A stretch of DNA of 64,000 nt, from assembly GCA_025061735.1 (NCBI GenBank), contig JANXAU010000037.1:816-64815 (forward strand). The letters run 5' to 3'. The stretch comes from Candidatus Bipolaricaulota bacterium. Its GTDB lineage: Bacteria; Bipolaricaulota; Bipolaricaulia; RBG-16-55-9; DRXL01. Below the pieces are notes generated by a model, which saw nothing but the letters and a program-made list of their open reading frames with translations, did not search any database and was not told the origin of the DNA. Shown piece by piece: positions 38,652 to 47,591 of the stretch. Positions within the stretch are counted from its first letter, which is position 1, and every line of letters starts with the position of its first letter. A program made the translations under genes and the position numbers.

Positions 38652-40667
38652 GTGATCAAAAAACCTATGGAAGTGCGGACGATCTGCTTGGTGGGACATG
38701 CGAGTTCCGGGAAGACGGCGCTGGCCGAGGCATTGCTGAAGCGCTTCGGGCGCGACGCGAAGTTCGACTTCACCCCCGAAGCCAAAAGCCGAGGACACTC
38801 GGTCGATCTGGGAGTGGGCAGCGCGGTCAAATCCGACAAAGTGCTTCAGATCTTGGATACCCCGGGATTTGGAGAGTTCGTCGAAGACGTTTACAAAGGG
38901 CTCTTTGTCGCCGATCTGGCCGTCTTGGTGGTGAACGCCGAGAAGGGCGTTGAAGTCCACACAGAAAAGACATGGGACTTGACAAGAAAGTTCAAAAAGC
39001 CCACGCTGATCTTGATCAACAAGATGGACTTACCCAACGCGGATTTCGCCAAGGCGCTCGATTCTCTCAAGACGACCCTAGAGGGGAAGCTCGCGTGTCT
39101 GGAGTGGCCCATTCGGGAGGGGAATGCGTTTGTGGGCTATGTGGACTTGGTGCAGAACAGAGCGATCTATTTTGACAAGCGCAAGGGAGAGATCCCGGGG
39201 GCTTTGAAGGAGCTGATCGCCGCGGAGCGCGAGAGATTATTAGAATTCTTGGCCGAGGCCAACGACGACCTGATGGTGCACTTCTTAGAGGGCCAAGAGA
39301 TCCCCGAAGCGGAGATTCGAGCCGCACTCAAGACGGCTTTAGAGAAGAGAATCTTCACGCCCGTTCTGGCTTCGGCGGTGCCCATCGCCGCGAGCTTGGA
39401 GACGTTTGTCGAGCTGATCGAGACGACCGCTCCGGCCTTTGTCCCTCAGCACTCCGATGGCTTCTCTGGGATTGTCTTTAATCTCCACTCGGATCAGTAC
39501 TTGGGGCGCTTGGCGTTCGTCAAGATCGAGAGCGGTGCGCTCTCTGAAGGCGATACGCTCATCAATCTGCAGACGGGCGCCCAAGAGCGCGTCAAAGAGA
39601 TCCTGCGCTTTGTTGGCGACAAGGCCGAGAAGATCCCCCAAGCCGGCCCCGGCGAGATCGTCGCGCTGCCGAAGCTCAACGCGGCCAATCTGGGCGATAC
39701 GTTTGCGCATCACGCTAACGCCGCGAAGCTGGCTTGGATTGAATTCCCCAAGCCGGTCTTCGCCCGCGCCGTGACCCCCGAAACCCAAGCCGACGACGAG
39801 AAGATGAGCACGGCCCTCAAAGAGATCGCCAGCCTCAAAGCGACGCTCGCGTTCTATCGCGATCACGTGACCCACGAGGCGATCCTCGCGGGCCTAGGAG
39901 ACACGCATCTGCAAGTCTTTGTCGAGCGCCTCAAGAATCGCTATGGGGTCTCGGTCAAGCTCGCCCGCCCGCATGTGCCCTATCAAGAGACGGTACTCAA
40001 AGTCGCGCAAGGTCAGTACAAGCACAAGAAGCAGAGCGGCGGGCGCGGCCAATACGGCGAGGCTCATCTGCGCGTGGAGCCCTTCCCCGGCAGGGGCTAT
40101 GAATTTGTAGATGAAATCAAGGGCGGGGTCATCCCCAAGGAGTTCATCCCGGCCGTCGAGAAGGGCGTCTTAGAGGCGATGAGCCAAGGGGTGCTCGCCG
40201 GGTATCCCATGACCGACGTGCGCGTCGCCGTCTTTTACGGGAGCTATCACGAGGTGGACTCCAACGAGATCTCCTTCAAGATCGCGGGATGGAACGCTTT
40301 TCGATTGGCGGCTCAAGCGGCGCAACCCGTCTTGCTTGAACCCATCTACAAGGTGACCGTCTGGACGCCCTCGGAGTACACGGGGGACATCATTAGCAGC
40401 CTGAACGGGAAGCGCGGGAAGATCTTGGGGATGGGGATCGAAGAGGAGCACGAGAGCGGCGCCAAGAGAATCGAGAAGATCGAAGCGGAGGTCCCGCTCG
40501 CGGAGATGCTCGACTACGCGCTTGAGCTGAAGTCTATCACCCAAGGGCGCGCGACCTTCCAGATGGACTTTGCGCGCTATCAGATGGTCACCAGCGAGAA
40601 GCTGACCGAAGAGCTGCTCAAGCGTGAGGGGCGGTCGGTGAACAAGGCTCCCGCCGAGACAAAGTGA
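38652..40667 (+). CDS. Elongation factor G-like GTPase (EF-G2 subfamily)
   Basis: GHASSGKT, DTPG, NKMD, KHKKQSGGRGQYG, GSYHEVDSNE, PVLLEPI, ITQGRATF; divergent switch I. Start may be 38667. Confidence 0.88.
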   Translation: MIKKPMEVRTICLVGHASSGKTALAEALLKRFGRDAKFDFTPEAKSRGHSVDLGVGSAVKSDKVLQILDTPGFGEFVEDVYKGLFVADLAVLVVNAEKGVEVHTEKTWDLTRKFKKPTLILINKMDLPNADFAKALDSLKTTLEGKLACLEWPIREGNAFVGYVDLVQNRAIYFDKRKGEIPGALKELIAAERERLLEFLAEANDDLMVHFLEGQEIPEAEIRAALKTALEKRIFTPVLASAVPIAASLETFVELIETTAPAFVPQHSDGFSGIVFNLHSDQYLGRLAFVKIESGALSEGDTLINLQTGAQERVKEILRFVGDKAEKIPQAGPGEIVALPKLNAANLGDTFAHHANAAKLAWIEFPKPVFARAVTPETQADDEKMSTALKEIASLKATLAFYRDHVTHEAILAGLGDTHLQVFVERLKNRYGVSVKLARPHVPYQETVLKVAQGQYKHKKQSGGRGQYGEAHLRVEPFPGRGYEFVDEIKGGVIPKEFIPAVEKGVLEAMSQGVLAGYPMTDVRVAVFYGSYHEVDSNEISFKIAGWNAFRLAAQAAQPVLLEPIYKVTVWTPSEYTGDIISSLNGKRGKILGMGIEEEHESGAKRIEKIEAEVPLAEMLDYALELKSITQGRATFQMDFARYQMVTSEKLTEELLKREGRSVNKAPAETK

Positions 40668-40676
40668 AGCACCGGG

Positions 40677-40749
40677 AGCCGACGGCCGGAGTCGAACCGG
40701 CAACCCACCGCTTACAAAGCGGTTGCTCTGCCGATTGAGCTACGTCGGC
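40677..40749 (-). tRNA. tRNA-Thr(TGT), no encoded CCA
   Basis: Reverse complement GCCGACGTAGCTCAATCGGCAGAGCAACCGCTTTGTAAGCGGTGGGTTGCCGGTTCGACTCCGGCCGTCGGCT; anticodon loop TTTGTAA. Confidence 0.95.
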
Positions 40750-40820
40750 GCTTGCACGCTATTCTAGCGATTTCTCATCTCTCTAGCAAGAGGATCGCTC
40801 GATCTGTTACTATAGCGCGT

Positions 40821-41978
40821 ATGGACTCCGGGTTTGCTGAGATCGCTCTCCAAGTGATCGTCATTCTGGGATGCTCGAAGCTCTTGGCGGTGCTGCTGGA
40901 GCGCCTTGGGCAAGAGGCCGTCGTCGGGGAGCTGCTGCTGGGAGTGCTCTTGGGGCCGTATCTATTGGGGTTTGTCAACCCCAAGGGGGAAGCTGTTCTT
41001 GCGTTTCTTTCGGAGCTGGGCATCATCGTGCTCGCTTTTTATATTGGTCTTGTGGCCGAGCTCGACCCGCTCTTGAAGGCGCGGCGCGCCGCGCTGCGCG
41101 TGGCTCTGCTGGGCATGGGGCTTTCGGTGAGCTTGGGGACGCTCTTTACGGTCTTGACCGGCCAATCGTGGCTGGTGGCGTTCTTCATGGGCGCGGCCCT
41201 CATGGCCACGAGCTTGGGCAAAGTCGGACGATTGCTCTGCACGTCGGGGCAGTTGCAGACCGTCACCGGCGGGATCATCTTGGGTGCAGCGCTCATTGAC
41301 GATCTCTTGGCGCTCTGGGGCTTAGCGGGCTTTCACGCATGGCTTGCCCCTCGTCCCTTCCGCTGGGAACTCTTTCTCTTTGAAGGGCTGCTCTCATTGA
41401 TGATTTTAGGAGTAGGGCTGGCGCTGGGCGTCCGCTGGGCACCGCGGATCTTTCTGCTCTTAGATCGCCTAGAGACGCGCGGCATGATGATCGTCTCGGC
41501 GTTGATCTTCTGTCTGGCGCTGGCGCTGCTGGCGCAGAGTCTGGGCTTGGCCGTAGTCGTGGGGGCGTTTGCCGCTGGGCTGATGCTCGAATACGTCCAT
41601 CGCGAGGGGCAGATCACCCGCCAAGTCGAGACGCTCTGCGATCTCTTCGTGCCCTTCTATTTTGTGAAAGCCGGGGCGTTGCTCGACCCAACGGCTCTGC
41701 TCAAACCGTCGGTGCTCTTGTTGGCTCTGGGGCTTTTGGCCATCGCTCTGATGGCAAAGCTTTTGGGGGGATTGGCCGTGGGGCAGCTCTCGCGCAGGGC
41801 CAGATGGACCATCGGGATCGCGATGATCCCCCGTGGGGAAGTCTCGCTCATCTTTGCGACGTTTGGCCTAGAGTCCGGGCTGCTCTCCAAAGAACTCTAC
41901 ACGGCGATCCTCTTTGTCGTGATTTTAACGAGTGTGCTCGCGCCCCTCTTGCTGAATCTGTTGCAGCGCCGCCGTTGA
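40821..41978 (+). CDS. Cation:proton antiporter (CPA2, Kef/NapA-like)
   Basis: About 12-13 TM segments; VVGELLLG, GAALIDD, GAFAAGL, FVPFYFVKAG, MIPRGEV. Confidence 0.9.
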   Translation: MDSGFAEIALQVIVILGCSKLLAVLLERLGQEAVVGELLLGVLLGPYLLGFVNPKGEAVLAFLSELGIIVLAFYIGLVAELDPLLKARRAALRVALLGMGLSVSLGTLFTVLTGQSWLVAFFMGAALMATSLGKVGRLLCTSGQLQTVTGGIILGAALIDDLLALWGLAGFHAWLAPRPFRWELFLFEGLLSLMILGVGLALGVRWAPRIFLLLDRLETRGMMIVSALIFCLALALLAQSLGLAVVVGAFAAGLMLEYVHREGQITRQVETLCDLFVPFYFVKAGALLDPTALLKPSVLLLALGLLAIALMAKLLGGLAVGQLSRRARWTIGIAMIPRGEVSLIFATFGLESGLLSKELYTAILFVVILTSVLAPLLLNLLQRRR

Positions 41979-42989
41979 AAGCTCTTGCAGCACTGCCGTC
42001 AAGACCTGCTGTGCTCTCTGATACTCATCTAAGCTGAGATGCTCATTCGGGGTGTGATCGAGCGCAGAATCTCCGGGGCCGTAGGCAACGATGGGCACGC
42101 CCCACGCCGGGCCGAGCACGTTCATATCCGAAGTTCCGGTCTTGAGCTTGAACGACGGCTCGCCCCCTGCAGCGCGAATCGCTTTTAAAAAAGCGCGCAC
42201 CAGCGCGTTGTTTTTGTCGGCGCGAAAGGCCGGCGTCGGATCTCCCAAGACCACGTTAGCATCGGGAGCAATCGTGGCGATGAACGACTTTAACTCTACA
42301 AGATCAAACCCCAGCGGCGTGCGCAGATCGAGCGTCATCTCGACCAAGTCTTCCAAGCCTCGGTCGTAGGTGCGGATCTCGATCAAGCGCACATCTACCG
42401 ACTCAAACGCGTTCTTCCCCGCGGGATAGCGACTCTTGAGGGCCTGATAGAAGCGAAACGCCTCTTCGCCGACGGTGGGCGTCGCGTGGCCGTGATGGGC
42501 CGGAGGGCATTTCAGCTCGTAGAGCACCGAGACGCTTCCGCGATAGCCGAGCGTAACGCTCTCCCAGCCGCTGGGTTCGCCGATCACGACACAGTCGGGC
42601 CGATAAGGCTGTTCCAGCAGATGGCGCGCGCCCTCCGAGCAGCACTCCTCGGCAACGCAGCCGATCACCCAGACCGTCAGCGCGCGCGACTCTTTAAAAA
42701 GTCGAGCGCTCTCGATAAAGACCGCCAAGCTCCCCTTGGCGTCTACGGCTCCGCGCCCGTAGAGCTTCCCATCCTCGACGCGCACGGGGATCTCCCCCGA
42801 CACGGTGTCCATGTGCCCGACTAGAAAGACTTTTCTGGGGCCGTGTCCGATCCGCGCGATCAGATTGCCCACGTCATCTAGCTCCGTGTCAAATCCCCAC
42901 CGGCGCAGCTCGTCGCGCAAGAACTCGGCTAGCTGCTCTTCGCAGTGCGCGGGACTGTAGAGTTCGAGCATCTTCTTGAGCAGTTCCAT
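41925..42989 (-). CDS. lysK: [LysW]-lysine/ornithine hydrolase (M20)
   Basis: LVGHMDTV, GRGAVDAKG, AEE, GEPSG, GTSDMN, YGPGDSALDHTPNEH; last gene of the LysW cluster. Confidence 0.9.
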   Translation of the reverse strand: MELLKKMLELYSPAHCEEQLAEFLRDELRRWGFDTELDDVGNLIARIGHGPRKVFLVGHMDTVSGEIPVRVEDGKLYGRGAVDAKGSLAVFIESARLFKESRALTVWVIGCVAEECCSEGARHLLEQPYRPDCVVIGEPSGWESVTLGYRGSVSVLYELKCPPAHHGHATPTVGEEAFRFYQALKSRYPAGKNAFESVDVRLIEIRTYDRGLEDLVEMTLDLRTPLGFDLVELKSFIATIAPDANVVLGDPTPAFRADKNNALVRAFLKAIRAAGGEPSFKLKTGTSDMNVLGPAWGVPIVAYGPGDSALDHTPNEHLSLDEYQRAQQVLTAVLQELSTAALQQIQQEGREHTR

Positions 42990-42993
42990 AAGC

Positions 42994-44169
42994 CTAAAAG
43001 ATCTTCTGCAGTGTCTCAATCACGTGATCTATCTCGGCCCGGCTGATCTCCAACGGGGGCAGGAAGCGCATCACCGTCGGCCCGGCTTGTAACGCTAGTA
43101 TCCCGTGTTCTATTAATTTTGTCAAATAGGGCGCAGACTTCTCTTTGAGTTCCAACCCCAGCATCAGCCCTAACCCGCGCGCTTGGCGCACCGGGCCAAA
43201 GCCCTCTAGCTCTTTCAATCTGCTGAGAAAATACGCACCGTGCTCGCGTGCTTGACGCACCAGATCTCTCTCTAAGATATACTCGATCGTCGCGCGCGCC
43301 GCGGCGCACGCCAAGGGATTCCCCCCAAACGTCGAGCCGTGCTCAGCCTTCTCTAACTTAATATCTTCGCGCAACAGCACCGCGCCGATAGGCACGCCAC
43401 CGCCCATAGACTTAGAGAGACAGAGAATATCGGGTTCGATCTGGGCGTGCTCGCACGCAAAGAGGCGCCCCGTGCGCCCAAAACCCGTCTGAATCTCGTC
43501 TAAGATCAACAAGATATTCTTCTGAGAGCAGAGCCGGCGCACGGCTTGGAGATATTCGACCGTCGCTACATGGACGCCGCCCTCGCCCTGGACGGGTTCG
43601 AGCAGCACGGCGGCGGTCTCGTCCGTGATCGCGCTCTCCAGCTTCTCGATATCCCCAAAGGGCACGAACGAGAACTGCGGGACGAGCGGCTCGAACGGCT
43701 CGCGATACTTCGGATTCCACGTGGCGCTGAGCGCCCCCAACGTGCGCCCGTGAAAGCCCCGCATCATCGCAATAATCCCGGGTTTTTTGGTGAACCCCCG
43801 CGCGAACTTAATCGCCCCTTCTATCGCTTCGGTGCCGGTGTTGCATAAGAAGACTCTTTTGAGATTTTTGGGGGCGATTTCAAAGAGCTTCTCTATGAGC
43901 GCCGCGCGCGCGTCGTTGTAGAAATGCCCATCGGGACAAGTAAGCAACCGCTGAGCTTGCTCGGTGATCGCGCGCACGACGTGCTCGTTGGCGTGACCCA
44001 CCAAGGCTACCCCCATTCCCGTCGCACAATCTAGATATTCGCGCCCTTCGATGTCCCAGACGCGCGTCCCGCGACCGCGCACCAACACTATGGGCTTCTT
44101 GCTGTAGACGCCGCTGGCGTGACGATCTTCGATCTCCAGAATAGCTTGAGCCGTGATGAGCGTGTGCAT
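42994..44169 (-). CDS. lysJ: [LysW]-aminoadipate/glutamate semialdehyde transaminase (class III)
   Basis: NTGTEAIEGA, FHGRT, EPVQGEGG, DEIQTGFGRTG, LSKSMGGG, HGSTFGGNP. Confidence 0.9.
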   Translation of the reverse strand: MHTLITAQAILEIEDRHASGVYSKKPIVLVRGRGTRVWDIEGREYLDCATGMGVALVGHANEHVVRAITEQAQRLLTCPDGHFYNDARAALIEKLFEIAPKNLKRVFLCNTGTEAIEGAIKFARGFTKKPGIIAMMRGFHGRTLGALSATWNPKYREPFEPLVPQFSFVPFGDIEKLESAITDETAAVLLEPVQGEGGVHVATVEYLQAVRRLCSQKNILLILDEIQTGFGRTGRLFACEHAQIEPDILCLSKSMGGGVPIGAVLLREDIKLEKAEHGSTFGGNPLACAAARATIEYILERDLVRQAREHGAYFLSRLKELEGFGPVRQARGLGLMLGLELKEKSAPYLTKLIEHGILALQAGPTVMRFLPPLEISRAEIDHVIETLQKIF

Positions 44170-44193
44170 AAGCTCTTCCCTCTCTTTATTAGT

Positions 44194-44988
44194 CTAGCAG
44201 ATACGCGTGCCCATGCCTTGGAGGGTCTTGGTGAGCGGGGCTTCGCCGCGTGCCCCGCCCAATAGAACTTCTTTAACCCCGCCGTCGAGTGCCTCTTGGG
44301 CAGCTAAGAGTTTCTTCTTCATGCTGCCGCGCGCGTAAGTCTCTATAAATGCTTCGATCTGATCGCGCGTGACCCTCTCAATCACGCTTTGAGGATCTTG
44401 AGGGTCGCGCAGCAGCCCCGGTACGTTCGACAGGATCACCAAGCGCTCGGCTTTGAGAGCAACGGCGATCTGGGCGGCGCAACGATCGCCATCGACGTTG
44501 ATCGCCACGCCCTCGTAGCTGATCGCTGGCGGGGTGAGGACGGGCGTATAGCCGTGATCTAAAAGAAGCTTTAGAAGCTGGGTGTTGACACGCTCGATGA
44601 TCCCGCTGAGGTCGCCCCTCAAAATCTTCTTGCGCCCGTTCTCTATGATTTTCAAAGCTTCTTTCTGGCGGCCCTCTAGGATTCTACCGTCAAGACCCGA
44701 CAACCCAATAGCGTTGACGCCCGCGTGCTGGAGCTTCTCAACCAGCATCTTGTTCATCTTGCCGGCGTAGACCATATTGAAGATCTCCAGCGTCTCGCGG
44801 TCGGTGTAACGGCTGGTGAACCCCGAGACCGACGTGACGAAGACGGGGGGCTTGCCCAGCTTGGTAGCGATCTCTTCTAATTGAGAAGAGCCGCCGTGCA
44901 CGAGCACGTAGTCTCTATACTGAGCCAGATCGCGCACGAACGCGTCGTAGTCTATTCCCTTGCTGCCCCCGATCTTGACGACAAACAT
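44194..44988 (-). CDS. lysZ: [LysW]-aminoadipate/glutamate kinase
   Basis: VVKIGGS, VHGGS, FVTSVSGFTSRYTD, NVDGDR, MKKKLLAA. Confidence 0.92.
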   Translation of the reverse strand: MFVVKIGGSKGIDYDAFVRDLAQYRDYVLVHGGSSQLEEIATKLGKPPVFVTSVSGFTSRYTDRETLEIFNMVYAGKMNKMLVEKLQHAGVNAIGLSGLDGRILEGRQKEALKIIENGRKKILRGDLSGIIERVNTQLLKLLLDHGYTPVLTPPAISYEGVAINVDGDRCAAQIAVALKAERLVILSNVPGLLRDPQDPQSVIERVTRDQIEAFIETYARGSMKKKLLAAQEALDGGVKEVLLGGARGEAPLTKTLQGMGTRIC

Positions 44989-44996
44989 AGAGAAGC

Positions 44997-45025
44997 ATTA
45001 TAAACTACACCGCGATGGTTGACAA
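44997..45025 (-). promoter_or_regulatory. Internal sigma70 promoter for lysZ-lysJ-lysK
   Basis: Minus strand TTGTCA (45025-20), 17 nt, TATAAT (45002-44997), 8 nt, ATG 44988; no SD. Confidence 0.75.
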
Positions 45026-45069
45026 TCTCCCATCTGTGCTTGGCCTCAGCTTTCTGCTATAATTCTATG

Positions 45070-45309
45070 ATGATCATCATCACGATAGATGAAATTCAAC
45101 GAGATGTGAAAAGCTACCTGCAACGGGTCAAAGCAGGAGAGACTCTAGTGATTCTCGAAGCGAACAGACCCGTCGCAGAGATCAAGCCGATCATAGCTCA
45201 CGAAGACTCTTTACGACCATACGCCCTATGCGCGGGAGAGTTTCACGTGCCAGAAGACTTTGATGCCCCCTTGCCCGACGAAGTCATCCAGCAGTTTGAA
45301 GGACGATGA
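45070..45309 (+). CDS. Phd/YefM family antitoxin
   Basis: ITIDEIQRD...LQRVKAGETLVILEANRPVAEIKP...VPEDFDAPLPDEV; TG-C-TATAAT (45055-63) lies 6 nt upstream. Confidence 0.82.
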   Translation: MIIITIDEIQRDVKSYLQRVKAGETLVILEANRPVAEIKPIIAHEDSLRPYALCAGEFHVPEDFDAPLPDEVIQQFEGR

Positions 45310-45698
45310 GACTGCTACTTGACACGCACATCTTCCTGTGATATATCACCGGAGACGCTCGCCTATCAATCCCAGTGTTGCAGTTGATCCGTGATCCAGC
45401 TAATGACGTCTATCTCAGCGTTATCTCGGTCTGGGAAGCGATGGTGAAGTATCAGCTTGGCAGGCTGCCCTTACCTCAAGCGCCAGACCTCTATATCTCC
45501 GAACAGCGTCAGCGCCATAAGATCGCAAGCCTGGCCTTGGATGAACTCAGGGTGACTAAGCTCGCTAAGCTTCCTGCTTTGCATAAAGACCCCTTCGACC
45601 GCATGATCATCTGCCAAGCGATCCAACACGGCTTAACCCTAGCCTCTGCAGACAGTGCTGTACGAGCTTACTCCGCTCACGTACTAATCGTTCCATGA
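45306..45698 (+). pseudogene. VapC/PIN toxin with an in-frame TGA at codon 12
   Basis: Reads MRLLLDTHIFL*YITGDARL...SVISVWE...HKDPFDRMIICQA; the TGA (45339-41) falls where this family usually has Trp. Confidence 0.8.
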
Positions 45699-45721
45699 AG
45701 ATCACAAACGTCTTTAAGCAG

Positions 45722-46756
45722 TCACGGATGCAACCCCCAGTGATCTAAGCCTATCTTCTCATCTAAACCGCACATCAGATTGAAACACTGCACGGCTTGG
45801 CCCGCTGCGCCCTTCATCAGATTATCTATGGCACAGATCACGACCAAGCGCCCCGTATGCTCGTCCTTCTCAAAGCCGATATCGCAGAAGTTCGTGCCTG
45901 CGACGATCTTGGGTTCGGGAAAACGATAGAGCCCCGCACGCTCTTTGACGATCCTCACAAACGGCTCATCTCTGTACGCTTGCAGATACGTCTGCCAAAT
46001 ATCTTTCTCGGTGTACTCGTCTTCAAGAAAGACGTGGAGCGTGCTGAGAATCCCGCGCACCAGCTCGACCGCGTGGGGCGAGAACGAAATTTTCAATCCC
46101 AGCTCCTGCTCGATCTCGGCGATGTGACGGTGCCCCGTGGGCTTGAAGCTGCGCACGACCCCGGCGCGCTCGGGATGGTGGCTGTCCGGCCCCGGCTCCG
46201 CTCCCCCCGCCGACGAGCCGACTTTCGAGTCAATCACGACCAACTTCACTCTAAATCGCTGCACTAACGGCCACAACGGGATGATCGCGCTCGTCGCCGT
46301 GCAGCCGGGCACCGCCACCCATCTGGCTCTTTTAATCTCTTCTCGGTGCAGCTCCGGCAGTCCATAGACAAACTTACCCAACAGCTCCGGGTGCGGATGT
46401 TCGTAGCCGTACCACGTGGGATAGTCTTGCGGGTTTTTAAGGCGAAAATCTGCGCTCAGATCAATGACTCTTTCGGCGATCTTCAGATAGCCGGGCATCT
46501 CGGCCATCGTCTGGCCGTGGGGCCGCGCGGTGAAGAGCACGTCGCTCTCTTTTAAGTCTTCAGGAGCGCTGAATTTCAGCTCCGTCCTCCCGCGCAGCTG
46601 GGGGTGCGCGCGCGTAACGGGCTTGCCCGCGAGGCTGCGCGAGACCACCGTGACGACCTCCACAAACGGGTGACTCAATAACAAGCGCAACAGCTCGCCT
46701 CCTACGTATCCCGATCCCCCAACAATCCCCACTCTGATTCTCTCTCGCTCAGGCAT
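45722..46756 (-). CDS. lysY: [LysW]-aminoadipate/glutamate-phosphate reductase (ArgC-like)
   Basis: GGSGYVGGE, IDLSADFRL, VYGLPELHR, PGCTATS, SHHPER, IDNLMKGAAGQA. Confidence 0.92.
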   Translation of the reverse strand: MPERERIRVGIVGGSGYVGGELLRLLLSHPFVEVVTVVSRSLAGKPVTRAHPQLRGRTELKFSAPEDLKESDVLFTARPHGQTMAEMPGYLKIAERVIDLSADFRLKNPQDYPTWYGYEHPHPELLGKFVYGLPELHREEIKRARWVAVPGCTATSAIIPLWPLVQRFRVKLVVIDSKVGSSAGGAEPGPDSHHPERAGVVRSFKPTGHRHIAEIEQELGLKISFSPHAVELVRGILSTLHVFLEDEYTEKDIWQTYLQAYRDEPFVRIVKERAGLYRFPEPKIVAGTNFCDIGFEKDEHTGRLVVICAIDNLMKGAAGQAVQCFNLMCGLDEKIGLDHWGLHP

Positions 46757-47591
46757 GGGCCGACACCTGCTCAACGTAATCTAAAATCTTTTCGGCAATC
46801 GCAACGCCCGTCGGTGCCAAGAGATCCCGAAACTCCCCCACGCTGTTGACCTCGTGCACCACCAAGCCCTCCGAAGACTCCATCAGATCGATCGCCAAGA
46901 CGCCGCCGCCCACGGCGCGCGCGGCTTGCAAGCAGAGCGCGCGCAACTCCGCCGTGACAGGACAGTTCTCGACCTTGGCGCCACGGTCGCTATGCGTAAT
47001 CCAGTGTCGTCCCGCCCGATACACGGCGCAGATGACTTCGTCCCCCACGACAATCGCTTGAATATCCCGCCCCGGCTTGGGAATGTACTTCTGTATATAA
47101 AAGATCGAGTGGTAGTAAGACCCCAAGCTGTCTTTGTGTTCCAAGATCGCTTCGGCCGATTCACGATCGTTGACCTTTGCTAATAGCTTGCCCCACGTGC
47201 CAACGGCGGGCTTGAGAATGACAGGATACCCCATACGCTCTATGGCCGCGAGTGCGCTTTCGGGGGTGAAGGCGACCAAGACGTCGGGCGTGGGGATATG
47301 ATGCTTGCGCAGGAGCTTGGAGATCGAGACTTTGTCGGCGCAGCGCCGGGCTACGTCGTAAGCGTTGATCGTGCGAATGCCCGCCCTTTCTAAGAGAAAG
47401 AGCGCGCAGAGATCTCTGGGGTGCAAAAAATCCCGCGCGAGCACCACATCAAACGGAAAATGGTTCTCTAAACCGAATATGAGATTTCTCAGATCGGCTT
47501 TGATCACGTTGTGCCCGCGTCGGCTGGCCTCTTGCATCAAGAGTTTCTCTTCTATCCCGACGCGCGTGCAGAGCAACCCCAGATTAAGCAT
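46749..47591 (-). CDS. LysX/ArgX family ATP-grasp ligase, copy B (divergent)
   Basis: DKVSISKLL, KPAVGTWGKL, YIQKYIPKPGRDI, VHEVN; substrate loop reads WITHSDRG. Confidence 0.82.
   Translation of the reverse strand: MLNLGLLCTRVGIEEKLLMQEASRRGHNVIKADLRNLIFGLENHFPFDVVLARDFLHPRDLCALFLLERAGIRTINAYDVARRCADKVSISKLLRKHHIPTPDVLVAFTPESALAAIERMGYPVILKPAVGTWGKLLAKVNDRESAEAILEHKDSLGSYYHSIFYIQKYIPKPGRDIQAIVVGDEVICAVYRAGRHWITHSDRGAKVENCPVTAELRALCLQAARAVGGGVLAIDLMESSEGLVVHEVNSVGEFRDLLAPTGVAIAEKILDYVEQVSAHA

Noticed and set aside
45339-45341. TGA as selenocysteine or as evidence of a recoded genetic code
   Set aside because: It sits at a Trp position, no SECIS-like hairpin is evident, and many other genes here end in TGA at their expected family termini.
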